Source of the DNA: Octopus vulgaris
Lineage: Eukaryota
Length of the DNA: 64,000 nt
Assembly (NCBI GenBank): GCA_951406725.2
Contig: OX597839.1
Coordinates: 35,030,001 to 35,094,000, forward strand
Direction: 5' to 3'
Below the pieces are notes generated by a model that was given only the letters and a program-made list of their open reading frames with translations, had not been told where the DNA came from and did no database searches. The position numbers were made by a program, and so were the translations under genes. Below, in pieces: positions 39,650-53,759 of this stretch. Each line of letters opens with the position of its first letter. The first letter of the stretch is position 1.

Positions 39650-40640
39650 TACGAGGGGGTACCCAAAAGTAACTGGAAGCGTTATCTGTGGGATAAGCCC
39701 ATTGTAGTTCAGGTCACTTGATGCAACCTTCAGGCATCAGCCTGCCAACCAGCATCTTCGAGTGGTTGTCATACTGCCACATGGCGTCTCTTTGCTTTGC
39801 AGTGTTTCTCCCCTACTCTTTTACTCTTTTACTTGTTTCAGTCATTTGACTGCGGCCATGCTGGAGCACCGCCTTTAATCGAGCAACTCGACCCCCAGAA
39901 CTTATTCTTTTGTAAGCCCAGTACTTATTCTATCGGTCTCTTTTGCCGAACCGCTAAGTAACGGGGACATAAACACACCAGCATCGGTTGTCAAGCAATG
40001 CTAGTGGGACAAACACAGACACACAGACATACACACACACATATATATATACATATATACGACGGGCTTCTTTCAGTTTCCGTCTACCAAATCCACTCAC
40101 AAGGCTTTGGTCGGCCCGAGGCTATAGTAGAAGACACTTGCCCAAGGTGCCACGCAGTGGGACTGAACCTGGAACCATGTGGTTGGTAAACAAGCTACTT
40201 ACCACACAGCCACTCCTATGCCTATATGTATATACGACGGGCTTCTTTCAGTTTCCATCTACCAAATCCACTCACAAGGAATTGGTCGGCCCGAGGCTAT
40301 AGTAGAAGACACTTGCCCAAGGTGCCACATAGTAGGACTGAACCCGGAACCATGTGGTTGGTAAACAAGCTACTTACCACACAGCCACTCCTGTTCATCG
40401 ATTTTTTGCGATGGCTGAAAGGATAGGAAGGGACAGTGTGCTTCCATGAAATTCTGTTTCCTGCTGGGGCAAATTGTGGCTGAAGCAGTTGTCATACTTC
40501 AACTAGCTCACAAGACCGCTGCCATGAACAAAACATAGGTTTACGAGTGGTTTCCATGCTTTAGGAATGGCCACTGGTCACTTGAAGACCGACCTCATCC
40601 AGAGCGACCGTCAACCTCCTGAACGAATGTAAACATAATG
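39650..40640 (+). mobile_element. Mariner transposon 5' remnant (TIR and N-terminal HTH region) interrupted by a SINE
   Basis: ta-cgagggggtacccaaaagtaac TIR; from ~40430 MKFCFLLGQIVAEAVVIL...VYEWFPCFRNGHWSLEDRPHPERPSTS. Confidence 0.75.
39814..40393 (-). mobile_element. SINE family 1 copy with tandemly duplicated head
   Basis: Head segment cgacgggcttc...cagccactcct occurs twice (~40060-40217, ~40235-40392). Confidence 0.85.
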
Positions 40641-40721
40641 AGAATTGCCGAACTGCTAAGTTACGGGGGACGTAAACACACCAGCATCAGTTGTCAAGCG
40701 ATGTCGGGGGGACAAACACAG

Positions 40722-40754
<33 letters not shown>

Positions 40755-40756
40755 CA

Positions 40757-40958
40757 TGCTTTATTTAAAGCAGCAGAAAATTCAACAAAACCTGTTACTC
40801 TGAGTTCTAGCAAAACTGTCCGACAAACGGGAACGTGAAACTCAGAGTAACAGGTTTTGTTGAATTTTCTGCTGCTTTATATAAAGCATATTACTCTACC
40901 ACTGGTATTTGAGTACTCTTTTTTCCACCTTGTTTCACATTTATGTGTTTACTCTGGT
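40757..40958. mobile_element. Fold-back element copy 2, inside the internal (TA)n tract of a SINE
   Basis: Same sequence as 6912-7136 with a shorter inverted arm; SINE halves flank it on both sides. Confidence 0.65.
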
Positions 40959-42516
40959 ATATATATATATACATATATATGACGGGCTTCTTTCAGTTTC
41001 CATCTACAAAATCCACTCACAAGGCTTTGGTCGGCCCGAGGCTATAGTAGAAGACACTTCCCCAAGGTGCCACACAGTGGGACTGAACCCAGAACCATAT
41101 GGTTGGTAAACAAGCTACTTACCACACAGCCACTCCTACTTTGTCTGCCACAAGTACTCAACTAGTACTTAATATATCGACCCTCAAAGGATGAAAGGTA
41201 AAGTCGACCTCAGCAGAATTTGAACTCAGAATGTAGCAACTGGCAAAATACCACTGATCATTTCACCCGGCATGCTAACAATTCTACCAGCTTGTCACCC
41301 TAACTCTTGGTATTGTAGCACCTGTCCCAGTGCAGGTCACCATAAATTCTTTTTTCAGGCTGCTGATAGGAACCGTCCTCAAGTTCTGCCCATGTAGAGC
41401 AATGTTACTCAGGCTCTCAATTAAGGTGCATGGCTCAGTTGTTAGAGCATAGGTATCACAAGCTTGAGGTAAATGAGTTCAATTCCTAGACTGGGTTGTG
41501 TGTTGTGATCTTGAGCAAGACACTTTATTTCACATCGCTGATGTTCACTCAGCTGTGGAAATGGTTTGTGGCATCACTGGTGCCAAGCTGTATCGGCCTT
41601 TGCCTTTCCCTTGGATAACATCGGTGGCATGGAGAGAGGAGGCTGGTATGCAGGGGTGACTGCTGGTCTTCCATAAATAACCTTGCTCAGATTTGTGCCT
41701 CAGAGGGGAGCGAACCCATGATCACTAATGACTGAAGGGGTCTTTACCCTTTACTCAGGTTCTGGGGTAACCTCAGTCACTTCTACAAGAACCTGCTAAC
41801 CCTCTTCTCAAAGTCTTCAACCAGGGATATTATGACTCCAATAGACTAAGAGGGGCCAGGAAATCTCCAGGAGGGTGGCATGTTGGTAAATTCAAGCCAT
41901 GGTCTTTCCAGATTGGTTTGATCCCTCTTCTGCATTTATCCACATTCCCAACTCTTGGAGGATTCTTCAGATGCACACCATGTTTCGTGACAGCAATGAG
42001 ACACCATACCAAAGACCTTCCGTTGTTTCTTGGTGATGAATGGTATCTCTGGGTTTCCGGTCATTAAGCAGAAGAACTTGTTGCCAAACCCGAATCCTGG
42101 CTTCCTTCAGTACTGACCGGATCAATGCAACGGGTTTACAAGAAGCAGCAAAACGGTGGGTGAGCTATTGAAGAGTTTCAATGAGTCAGGTTCCATCAGC
42201 AGGGCGGTGGGCGAGGGTTGCGGGGGTGGAGAATAGAGGAGGGGGAACGAAGGGGGCAAATGTGAAGCAGGGTGGGGCGGAGGGGGTGGTTGTTTGCTTT
42301 GGATGAAGTCCAAAGCAAACAAACATTTTATGAAATTATGAGAAAAGAAGGCAGGCGTAATGGAATGGTGTTCTGGCGAGAGTCTGCAGAATATAAAGGG
42401 ATTACAGGAACTGAGATATTGACAACTGGAATATTGTTATATTCTGTTGATTAATAGGACTTTGTGTCTGGTTGGCAAGATTCCTGCTGCAAAATAAAAT
42501 CTATTTTCTTGTATGT

Positions 42517-42580
<64 letters not shown>

Positions 42581-42661
42581 AGATATGTGTGTGTGTGTGT
42601 GCATATCTATGTAAGTAGATATGTATCTACAGACATATCTTAGTGTATTTGTATATGTAAA

Positions 42662-42713
<52 letters not shown>

Positions 42714-42769
42714 CATGCACACACATGTGTATACATATATACATGTATGTTTAAAAGTATATATATCTA

Positions 42770-42844
<75 letters not shown>

Positions 42845-43790
42845 ATATATATATACGTATATGTATATGAGAGTGTTTGTGTGTTTGTATATATATATGT
42901 ATATATGTATATAATTCTCCTTCATGTGTACACAATTCCTATGTATACATACATACACACACATATACATACATACATACATACACACATACATACATAC
43001 ATACATACACACATACATGCCCGTAGCCTAAAAACTAGGGTGTTGGGCTCCCGAGTGTAGGGTTCAATCCTTAGAGCTGGCAGTGTGATGTGTTTTTGAC
43101 CAAGGGTCATCTTCTAACATTGCTCCAGTCAACTCTAGTGAAAATGAGTACCAGCTGTCTGTTGGGGGAGCCCCTAACTCTCTTTTCCCCAGTGTCACAC
43201 CTTGAATGCTCAGCTGGAACAAGGGTGGAGTGGGGGGTCTACCTGCAATGGTGTACTTAGTGAAGTATTACAGCAATTAGCGAAAATGTATAACAGTCAT
43301 ACTTGCTTGAGGGTTATACCTAAGCTTGCGTGCGTGTGCATATGTGTGAGTGTGTGTGTGTGTGAATGCGTGTGTTAATGTGTGTGTGTATCTGTGTGAG
43401 TGTGTATGAATATGAGTGTATGTGTGGGAATGTGTGAGTACATGTGCGTGTGTGAGTGTGTGTGTGTGCGAGTGTGTGTGTTAATCTGTGTGTGTGTCTG
43501 TGGTTGTGTATGTGTGTGTTTGTGTGAATGTGTGTGAAAGTGTATGTGTGTATGTCTGAGTGTGTGTGTGTGAGTGTGTATGTGTCTACATGTGTGTGTG
43601 CGCGTGTGTATGTATGTATGTATGTATGTATGCATGTATATATTTCCTTATTGCCCACAGGGGGCTAAACATAGAGAGGACAAACAAAGGGATTAAGTCG
43701 ATTACATCGACCCCAGTGCATAACTGGTACTTTTTTAATCGACCCCGAAAGGATGAAAGGCAAAGTTGACGTTTCTACCAGCTTGCCGCG

Positions 43791-43863
<73 letters not shown>

Positions 43864-44057
43864 CATATTCTTTTATTCTTTTCCTTGTTTCAGTCATTTG
43901 ATTGTGGCCCTGCTGGAGCACTGCTTTAAAAGACTTTTAGATGAAGAAATCAGCCCCTAGTACTTCTTTTTTGTCAGCTTAGTATTTATTCTATCAGTCT
44001 CTTTTGCTGAACTGCTAAGTCACAGGGACACAAACACACCAATATCAATTGGTGGGA

Positions 44058-44095
<38 letters not shown>

Positions 44096-44663
44096 ATCAT
44101 CGTCATAATCATTATTATCACCATCATCATCATCATCATCGTTGTTATCTCCATCATCATCGTCATCATTATCATCACCATCATCGTCATTGGTGGTAGT
44201 GGCAGTGGTGATGATGACGATGATGACAGTGGTGGTGGTGATGATGATGATGATGATAATGACAACGATAGCTGTACGGGTCATGGTCATGGTGGCACTG
44301 GCTGTGGTGGTGGTGGTGATGATGATGATGATGATGGTGATGGTGATGGTGATGGTGGTGATGGTGATGATGATGGTGATGATGATGATGATGATGGTGA
44401 TGGTGATGGTGATGGTGATGGTGGTGATGATGATGATGATGATGGTGATGATGGTGATGGTGATTGTGGTGATGTTGACTCTCCTGCTTCTTTCCCCCTC
44501 CCCCCATTCTTAAACAATATTAACAATATTAATTCTTCTCCAAGTTGGCATTCGGCCAGAAATTTTAAAAGGAAGAGGCAGGATCACAGCCAACGTATCC
44601 GCATATCAACAATCATAGACACACATATACGTGCGTCTATATATGTGTGTATATATATATATG

Positions 44664-44715
<52 letters not shown>

Positions 44716-44751
44716 CATATACACACACACCTAGTGGAGAACAGCAGAAAC

Positions 44752-44782
<31 letters not shown>

Positions 44783-45454
44783 CACACACACAGTAGAGAA
44801 CAGCAGAAACATATATATATATATATATATATACACACCACACATACACACCTATATATATATACACACACACACATGTATATGTAGACACACATATATA
44901 TATACATACATACACACACACAGTGGAGAACAGCAGAAACACACACAGATATATATATATATATACATATATATACACACCACACACACACACACACCTA
45001 TATATACACACACACATGTATATATAGACACACACATATATATATATACATATATACACACACACACACACACAGTGGAGAACAGCAGAAACATATATAT
45101 ATATATATACATACACACATATATATATAGACACACATATATATATATATACACACACACACATATATTATGATTATACATCATAAGAAACGTAGGAAAC
45201 ATCTCCATTCTGCGCCCATAAACACACATCAACAGAGACAGCCATTGCAGAAATAACGATTTTTGGCCCCTCAAATTGGATAATTAAGAACAGAGCCGCA
45301 CAAAAGATCCCCCAGACGCTCAATCTATTCCCAGTCTCTGGTTTGCTGAAGGCCTGGACAGAAGTATAAAAGGAGGGGAGTGAGGGTGAACGGGGGGCGG
45401 GCTTGTGTAGGGGGAGGGGGGGAGAGTAAGGGGGGATTGTGTAGGGAGAGGGTT

Positions 45455-45990
45455 TGTGTGTGAGTGTGTGCGTGTGTGTGTGTGCGCGTGTGTGAGGAGT
45501 GCGTATGTGTGTGTGTGTGTGTGGGGGAGGAATGTTTCTGTGTATGCGTGTGTATGCGTGAGTATGTGTATGAGTATGTATATGAGTGTTTGTGTGTGTG
45601 TGTGTGTGTGCGTATGTGTGTGCGCGTGTGTGAGGAGTGCGTATATGTGTGTGTGTGTGTGGGGGAGGAATGTTTCTGTGTATGCGTGTGTATGCGTGAG
45701 TATGTGTATGAGTATGTATATGAGTGTTTGTGTGTGTGTGTGTGTGTGCGTATGTGTGTGCGCGTGTGTGAGGAGTGCGTATATATGTGTGTGTGTGTGT
45801 GGGGGAGGAATGTTTCTGTGTATGCGTGTGTATGCGTGAGTATGTGTATGAGTATGTATATGAGTGTTTGTGTGTGTGCGTATGTGTGTGCGCGTGTGTG
45901 AGGAGTGTGTATATGTGTGTGTGTGTGTGGGGGAGGAATGTTTGTGTATGCGTGAGTATGTGTATGAGTGTTTGTGTGTGTGTGTGTGTG
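45455..45990. repeat. ~128-bp tandem repeat built from degenerate (TG)n
   Basis: Marker gggggaggaatgtttctgtg recurs at ~45523, 45661, 45801 and 45929 (spacing about 128-140 bp). Confidence 0.75.
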
Positions 45991-46152
45991 TGTAATGTTC
46001 TATGAATGTATGTACGTGTGTATGTGTATGTATGTGTGTGTATGTATGTGTGTGTGTGCATGTGAGTGAGTAGAGGGGGGATTTCGGTTTTTGAGTGTGT
46101 ACGTGTGTGTGCATGTATGTATGTGTGCGGGGGATAGAATGTTTCTGTCTGT

Positions 46153-46188
<36 letters not shown>

Positions 46189-46484
46189 ATGTGTGTGTAT
46201 GTGTGTGTGTGTAAGGCTCTATGAACACATGTACAATGTATGCTCATCATCCCTTGTCCCTGTTCCTTCCTTTTATTCACATAATCATCAACACCACCAC
46301 CATCACCACCATCACCATCATCAATACCACCACCATCACCACCACCACCACCACCACCACCACCACCACCATCACCACCACCACCACCACCACCATCATC
46401 ATCACCACCACCACCACCATCATCATCACCACCACCATCACCATTACCACCACCACCACCATCACCACCATCATCATCATCACC

Positions 46485-46515
<31 letters not shown>

Positions 46516-46862
46516 CCACTACCACCATCATCAACACCACCACCATCACCATCACCACCACCACCACCACCACTCCTGCCATCAGCTAATTCCCCACCTT
46601 TAACCACCCCGGACATCTCCCCCATATACTCTTACAGCTTCTACACACTCACAAACCCTGTTCTTGTACCACCAGGGTCCACCCTGACTCCTTATCACCA
46701 CTGTTTCGTCTCACTATCCACAATCCACCCTTAATGACTTCCACCCTCTTTTCTATACCTTCTACCCCTTCTACACCAACAAACGTGTTCCCTTCAGGCC
46801 CCTCCTTTCATATTTTAACCCCTCATCTTCAAGCATAAAGCCAACACTCTCCCTGTTGCAGC

Positions 46863-47596
46863 TAGGGCTGGATTAAGACCCATAGAGGCCCTAAGCACAT
46901 AAAGGATTTTGGTGCCCCCATATATATGTAACATGGCACTCTGTCGGTTACGATGAATAGGGTTCCAGTTGATCCAATCAACGGAACAGCCTTCTCGTCA
47001 AATTAACATGCAAGTGGCTGAGTACTCCACAGATACACGTACATTTAATGTAGTTCTCAAGGAGGTTCAGCATGACACAGAGTGTGACAAGGCTGGACCC
47101 TTTCAAATACAGGTATAACAGAAACAGGAAGAAAGAGTGAGAGAAGGTTATGGTGGAAGAGTACAGCAGGGTTCGCCACTACCCCCTGCTGGAGCCTCGT
47201 GGATCTTTAGGTGTTTTTACTCGATAAGCACTCAGAAAACCCGGTCTGGAAATCAAAACCATGATCCTATGACTGCGAGTTCACTGCCCTAACCACTGGG
47301 CCAATGTGCCTCCAGATATATATATATGTAATTCAAAATATAAACAATAATAAACCATAAACTAATTTTTTATTTTTAAAACTGAAACAAAACTAAAATG
47401 CACAATAATGTTTATTTTTGTAGAATTCCATTTTATAGGCGCAGGAGTGGCTTGCTTACCAACCACATGGTACCGGGTTCAGTCCCACTGCATGGCATCT
47501 TGGGCAAGTGTCTTCTGCTATAGCCCCGGGCCAACCAATGCCTTGTGAGTGGATTTGGTAGACGGAAACTGAAAGAAGCCCGTCATATATATGTAC

Positions 47597-47693
<97 letters not shown>

Positions 47694-48160
47694 ATATATG
47701 TATGTGTGTCCCCCTAGCATTGCTTGACAACCGATGCTTGTGTGTTTACGTCCCTGTCACTTAGCGGTTCGGCAAAAGAGACCGATAGAATAAGTACTGG
47801 GTTTACAAAGAATAAGTCCCGGGGTCGATTTGCTCGACTAAAGGTGGTACTTCAGCATGGCCACAGTCAAATGACTGAAACAAGTAAAAGAGTAAAGAGA
47901 GTATTAACATTTGAAAAGTTTCCTCCTAGTTTTTGTTTTTTCTTTTTCCAGTTGTGGAGTCTTTGATCAGATCCTTACTATGACACCATGAACACTTCAA
48001 AATTATATTTCCGATCAGATAATCCACCTCGAATATTACTTTAGTAAGTTTAAGGTGATTTCTTTTGTGTTGTAAACCTTTTACTATTTCCGTTATCCCC
48101 TCCTTCCCTTGATGCCCTAAGCAGATACTTATTTTGCATAATGGCTAACCCAGAGCCATG
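46863..48160. mobile_element. Old TIR MITE (hAT-like ends) with nested SINEs
   Basis: Left tagggctggattaagacc...gccctaagca; right gccctaagca...ctaacccagagccatg; two SINEs nested inside. Confidence 0.35.
47437..47900 (+). mobile_element. SINE family 1 copy
   Basis: ggcgcaggagtgg head through aaagagtaaagaga tail. Confidence 0.85.
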
Positions 48161-48999
48161 GCTCTGTCGTTAGAGCATCAAACTCACAATCATGAGGTAG
48201 TGAATTCGATTCCCAGACCGGGTTGTTTGTAGTGATCTTGAGCAAGACCCTTTATTTCACGTTACTCCAGTTCACTCAGCTGTAGAAACAAGTTGCGGCA
48301 TCATTGGTGCCAAACTGTATCAGCCCCTTTGCCTTTCCCTTTTTTAAAACATCGATGGTAAGGAGAGGGGAAGCCGCTATGCATGGGCGACTGCTGGTCT
48401 TCCACAAACAACCTTACCCAGACTTGTGCCTCAGGGGGAACTTTCTAGGTGCAATCCCATGGCCATCCATGACTGAAGGGGGACTTTACTTTTAATCTAG
48501 TGCTAGTTGTAGCCATACTCAATCCAAGGGGTTTTAGGCTTTCTGTCGGCAAGGAGACCTCACTAGTGCTGGTGCCACAAAAAAAAAAGTACCCAGTGCA
48601 ATCTGTAAAATGGTTGGAAGAATTAAGAAGAACATCCAGCTGTAGGAGCCATGCCAAAACAGACACTGCGGCATGAGGCAGTCTTTGGATTCGTCGGATC
48701 ATGCCAAACCAGCCAATTCATGGCAGCATCGAACATGGACGCTGAATGATGATGATGATGATGTTGATGACGACGATGACGAAATAAATAATATACCCAA
48801 ATATGGCAACAAGTTAGTCGGTTGTGTGTCTATGTACAGCCACTAAAAATGAATATAACAAAAAAAACACAATCAAACAGGGGAGGTAACTTGAGAACGA
48901 CTAGGGGGAGTAATTCGATAAGGGAGATAACTTACAAAATTTGCACAAGTAGCAATGGCATGATACGATGGCTAAGATGACATACTTTTTACCAAATAA

Positions 49000-50572
49000 A
49001 TGTCATCCTGGGTCCTAATTGCTACTTTAGGTCCCTCTCCCATCAGCTAATTTTGTCTCTAACGCTAATTGTTTTCTTGAATATGCACTGCTGAAATCGG
49101 GGAGCGTCTAATATCATTCCCAACGCACCAATTACCACTGGTATAATCGTAGTACTAAGCTTCAACATTTCTGTGACTTCAATTTGCAGATTTTTATAAT
49201 AAGAAAACTTTTCGTATTCCTTTCTTGAGACATTTTGATCTTGGGGGACAGACATATCTATTAACAGACAAGTTCCTCTGTTGTAGTCCTTGATTACAAT
49301 GTCTGGTCGGTTGGAGTCAATTTTTCTGTCTGTTTATAATAAAAAAAAAATAATAATGAAATTTTTGTATACAGTGCTCAGGTGCACCACAACTTGTCAG
49401 AAAGTGCGTATAAAGTACATGCAGTAATGTAGAAATGTCTGGAAAGCGAACAATGTATGAGTCAGATAGATGCTTGCGTGTGTATGGAGGGGAGAAAATC
49501 AGGTGTAGTGTTGGCGAATCTCAGAAAGCATGGAAGTTTTGAAGGATGCAGTGCTCCGACAACTAACAACTGATGCCAGCAGTTTGTTCCATGCTTCAGT
49601 GTGTGTATGGAGGGGAGGAAATCAGGTGTAGTGTTGGCGAATCTCAGAAAGCATGGAAGTTTTGAAGGATGCAGTGCTCCGACAACTAACAACTGATGCC
49701 GGCAGTTTGTTCCATGCTTCAGCGTGTGTATGGAGGGGAGAAGATCAGGTGTAGTGTTGGCGAATCTCAGAAAGCATGGAAGTTTTGAAGGATGCAGTGC
49801 TCCGACAACTAACAACTAATGCCGGCAGTTTGTTCCATGCTTCAGTGTGTGTATGGAGGGGGAAGAGAAGATCAGGTGTAGTGTTGGCGAATCTCAGGAA
49901 GCATGGAAGTTTTGAAGGATGCAGTGCTCCGACAACTAACAACTGATGCCAGCAGTTTGTTCCATGCTTCAGCAACTCTCAGCGTGAAAAAATGTTTCCT
50001 AAAGTCATGGAAGGAGCTGTGCTGTTTTCTGACTTTGTAAATATGTCCACGGGTGTTAGACGGGTGGAGTTTGAAAAGGGTCTCTGAATTATTGTTTGTA
50101 AGAAGGTTGATAATTTTATAGTTTGTATTGGGAACTTCCAAAGGATGATAATTCCCTTGCCATTTACTACATCCCCTAGATGGTGCCTGTACAACTTATA
50201 ATGGGATTCAATTTTTTAGTATCTACAAGCATTCCAGTGCATGTACTGCCCTAGTTTCTCATGTCTTACAAGGTACTCCTTATCAGCGGGAACTAGGCAG
50301 TCAGAAACAACATGATCAATTGTCTCTGAGAATTTTTGAAAATTCTGCACAAGGGGTCAGGTCCATCTTTAAGGATGTTTGCATGGTAGTTTCTGGTAGG
50401 TAAGCTCTGATCTTGCGCTGCAATAACAAAACCTTCTGTTTCTCCTTTCATACCTGTCCCTTGTAGTAATTGGTGTCTTAGATTTTGATCAATATCTGGC
50501 TTGGACAGGCTTTGACAAACTTTCCACTTGTCTTCAATACTATTCATGCAAGCCTTCTTTGCTTTTTGTTTG
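49000..50572 (-). mobile_element. R4/Dong-clade (restriction-like endonuclease) LINE fragment, split by a CR1 insertion
   Basis: GMKGETEGFVIAAQDQSLPTRNY..., then WKFPIQT|DRKIDSNRPDIVIKD...IDMSVP...IIPVVIGALG continuous across the inserted element; frameshifted. Confidence 0.8.
49341..50120 (-). mobile_element. CR1/L2-type LINE 3' end with four tandem ~123-bp units
   Basis: NTRGHIYKVRK...RKHFFTLRVAEAWNKL..SVVS...SFK C-terminal motif; units at ~49478, 49601, 49724 and 49847; (TAT)/poly-T type tail. Confidence 0.8.
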
Positions 50573-50574
50573 AT

Positions 50575-50777
50575 ACTCTCTCTTTTACTCTTTTACTTGT
50601 TTCAGTCATTTGACTGCGGCCATGCTGGAGCACCACCTTTAGTCGAGCAAATCGACCCCCGGGATTTATTCTTTTTGTAAGCCCAGTACTTATTCTATTG
50701 GTCTATTTTGCCGAACCGCTAAGTTACTGGGACGTAACCACACCAGCATCGGTTGTCAAGCAATGCTAGGGGGACAA

Positions 50778-50808
<31 letters not shown>

Positions 50809-50980
50809 CATATATACGACAGGCTTCTTTCAGTTTCCGTCTACCAAATCCACTCACAAGGCATTGGTCGGCCCGGAGCTATAGCAGAAGACACTTGCCC
50901 AAGATGCCACGCAGTGGGACTGAACCCGGAACCATGTGGTTGGTTAGCAAGCTACTTACCACACAGCCACTCCTGTGCCT
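50575..50980 (-). mobile_element. SINE family 1 copy
   Basis: Near-identical to the other copies. Confidence 0.85.
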
Positions 50981-51065
50981 TTTTTTTTTTTTGATCAGTG
51001 ATAGGTTTGTCACTATTTGTTAATTTCTAAATCAGGAGAAACAATGGTAGGTCTATCTTTGGTCA

Positions 51066-51858
51066 TTATTATTATTATTATTATTATTGTTATTATTATT
51101 ATTATTGCCTTTGCACAGCTTCTAACGCTGGAGATGTACAATGGTATCAACTGTTCACCACCAGTGAACTAAGGTAACACCCCTTATTTTTCGAGCACCT
51201 TCCAGAGTATTCAAGTGGTTCGAAGTAGTGCTGTTTTCTGCAAGTGCTCCACCCTTATTGCAGCCCCTATGTTTCATGTACTTCTCAAGATTTTTTACTG
51301 ACTGTTCCCACTGCTCCGACAATTATTGGTACCACAACTGCTTAACCTCCCAAGCTAACCTGTCATATCTATCGACTTTTCTTTCCTCCTTATCGCATAC
51401 CTTGTTGTCAGCTGGGCATGCTATTATTATTATTATTATTATTTTATTGTCTTTGCACAGTTTCTAACACTGGAGATGTACTACGGTGTCAGTTGTTCAC
51501 TACCAGTGAACTAAGGTAACATCACTTATTTTTTGAGCACCATCTGCAGTTCCAAGCAGTGCTTTTTTTCTGCCAGTGCTCCACCCTTATTGCAGCCCCT
51601 ATTTGTTCCATGTACTTCTCAAGACTTTTACTCACTGTTCCCAGGACTCCAAAAATTATTGGTACTACTACCACCTTTTTTATCGACCACAACTTCTTAA
51701 CCTCCCAAGCTAACTTGTCATATCTATCGACTTTTCTTTCTTCCTTATCGCATACCTTGTTGTCAGCTGGTCATGCTATCTCTATGATCCAGCATAGTTT
51801 GCTTTCTTTCTCAATTAACACTATGTCTGGCTTCCTATTCTCAATCACATGGTCGCAT
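51066..51858 (-). mobile_element. Two tandem R4/Dong LINE 3' fragments, each bounded by (TAA)n
   Basis: Reverse-strand RKPDIVLIEK...VVVVPIIFG.LGTV...QK.ALLGTA motifs. Confidence 0.75.
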
Positions 51859-51876
51859 TATTATTATTATTATTAA

Positions 51877-51942
<66 letters not shown>

Positions 51943-52170
51943 CAACAGATGCAGCACAGAGTTTTGTCAGTGAACAGGTCGCGGTCTCAAAGCGATGAAA
52001 ATATTTTGACAAATTAAATTTAAACATTGAAGTGAATCCATATCTAACGGTTTTTGTGTTTCTTAAATGGTTTATAAACACCTTCCACGCTGCAATTGTT
52101 TTTGTTCCAGCACACGATCTCAGATCAAGTCACTTGCTATGCAAGTACATCTCCGTAATTATTATTATTA

Positions 52171-52229
<59 letters not shown>

Positions 52230-52409
52230 TCACATGCACACAGCAGATTAAACTGTTGGAAAAGAAAAGTTCCTAACATCAGGCTACAACAAGTTGCCTT
52301 AGATGCCCTTAAGAACCCTTCTCAATACCGTAGCTGTCTTGCGAGCTATACATACATATATATACATACATCCATATACATATATATATACACGCACACA
52401 CACACACAC

Positions 52410-52457
<48 letters not shown>

Positions 52458-52462
52458 ATTAT

Positions 52463-52893
52463 TTGAGGGAATATAAATCCAAACTTACAGGGAAAAAAAA
52501 TTCAATTTAGAAATACTAAATCAAATTTCACACAATATAATATATATATATATAAAATTAGAAAAAAACACCTTTTATCAATTCAAAATGAACAATTAAA
52601 TTACACCATCTAAAAATTTACATATAATATAAATATTAAAATTAAAATAACAATAAAATATCAATGATCAAGTAAATTGCAAAAAAAAATAATAAAAACG
52701 TATATAATTGGTTTTTATTACGTTTTTATTATTTTTTTTGTAATTTACTTAATCATTGATATTTTATTGTTACTTTAATTTTAATATTTCTATTATATGT
52801 AATTTTCTAGATGGTGTAATTTAATTGTTCATTTTGAATTGATAAAAGGTGGGTTTTTTTCTAATTTTATATATATATATATTATATTGTGTG
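52463..52893. mobile_element. Fold-back element, ~170-bp inverted arms
   Basis: Arms ~52530-52702 and 52719-52893; TA-flanked; shared terminus. Confidence 0.6.
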
Positions 52894-52922
52894 TGTGTGT
52901 GTGTGTGTGTGTACATACATGC

Positions 52923-53033
<111 letters not shown>

Positions 53034-53759
53034 CATATACAGACACGTTTACGAAAAAATCCTTTTTTTTTTTAAATGCCCCTTTCTTTACACATATTTT
53101 AAGATGACATTTTGCGCCAGAAAAAAATTAGCGAGCGCAACAATCTCTACAGCTGACAGAATATGAACGGCTGAAATAGAAGTGAAACAGCATTTTATAT
53201 ACGTCGGTCTTATTTTATCGCTTTAAAGGTTAGCGATTCTCATAGAAGCAAACACGATGTTGAACTATTCTCCGTCATACGTCTACTATAAACTTTAACA
53301 TACTTCCAAAACGGGACTTCATCTATGTTTATCTACGGGCCCCTTATGTGTAGACGTGTGTGTTTGTGTGTGTGAACCATCCTATCAGCAACAATCATCA
53401 TCATCATCTTCTTCACAACGAGAAGCAACTGTTGCTATGCTTCTGAAATTGTGTTGGTATGTGTATGTGTGCGTGGGGGTTCTTTTGCAAGATATATATT
53501 TTTTTAGGCGGTAAGGACCGAACCCATTGCTTCATTATCACAATTAAAAATAAATTCGAAGGATTAACATCGCACAAGTTCGTACATTATTTCCGTAAAC
53601 TCTAATTGAAATCAAGAAGCTACCACAACCATCCCATCAGCAACAATCATCATCTTCTTCTTGACAATATTTGTACCCTTTAAAAAGAAGGAGCTGTTGC
53701 TATTTTTCCGAATTTATTTTACATTGTGTACATCCAGATTGGAACTTTTACTGTACCTT

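Noticed and set aside
41790-42200. GC-richer segment that may be a decayed retroelement ORF or exon
   Set aside because: No motif I can identify in any frame; needs a BLASTX search.
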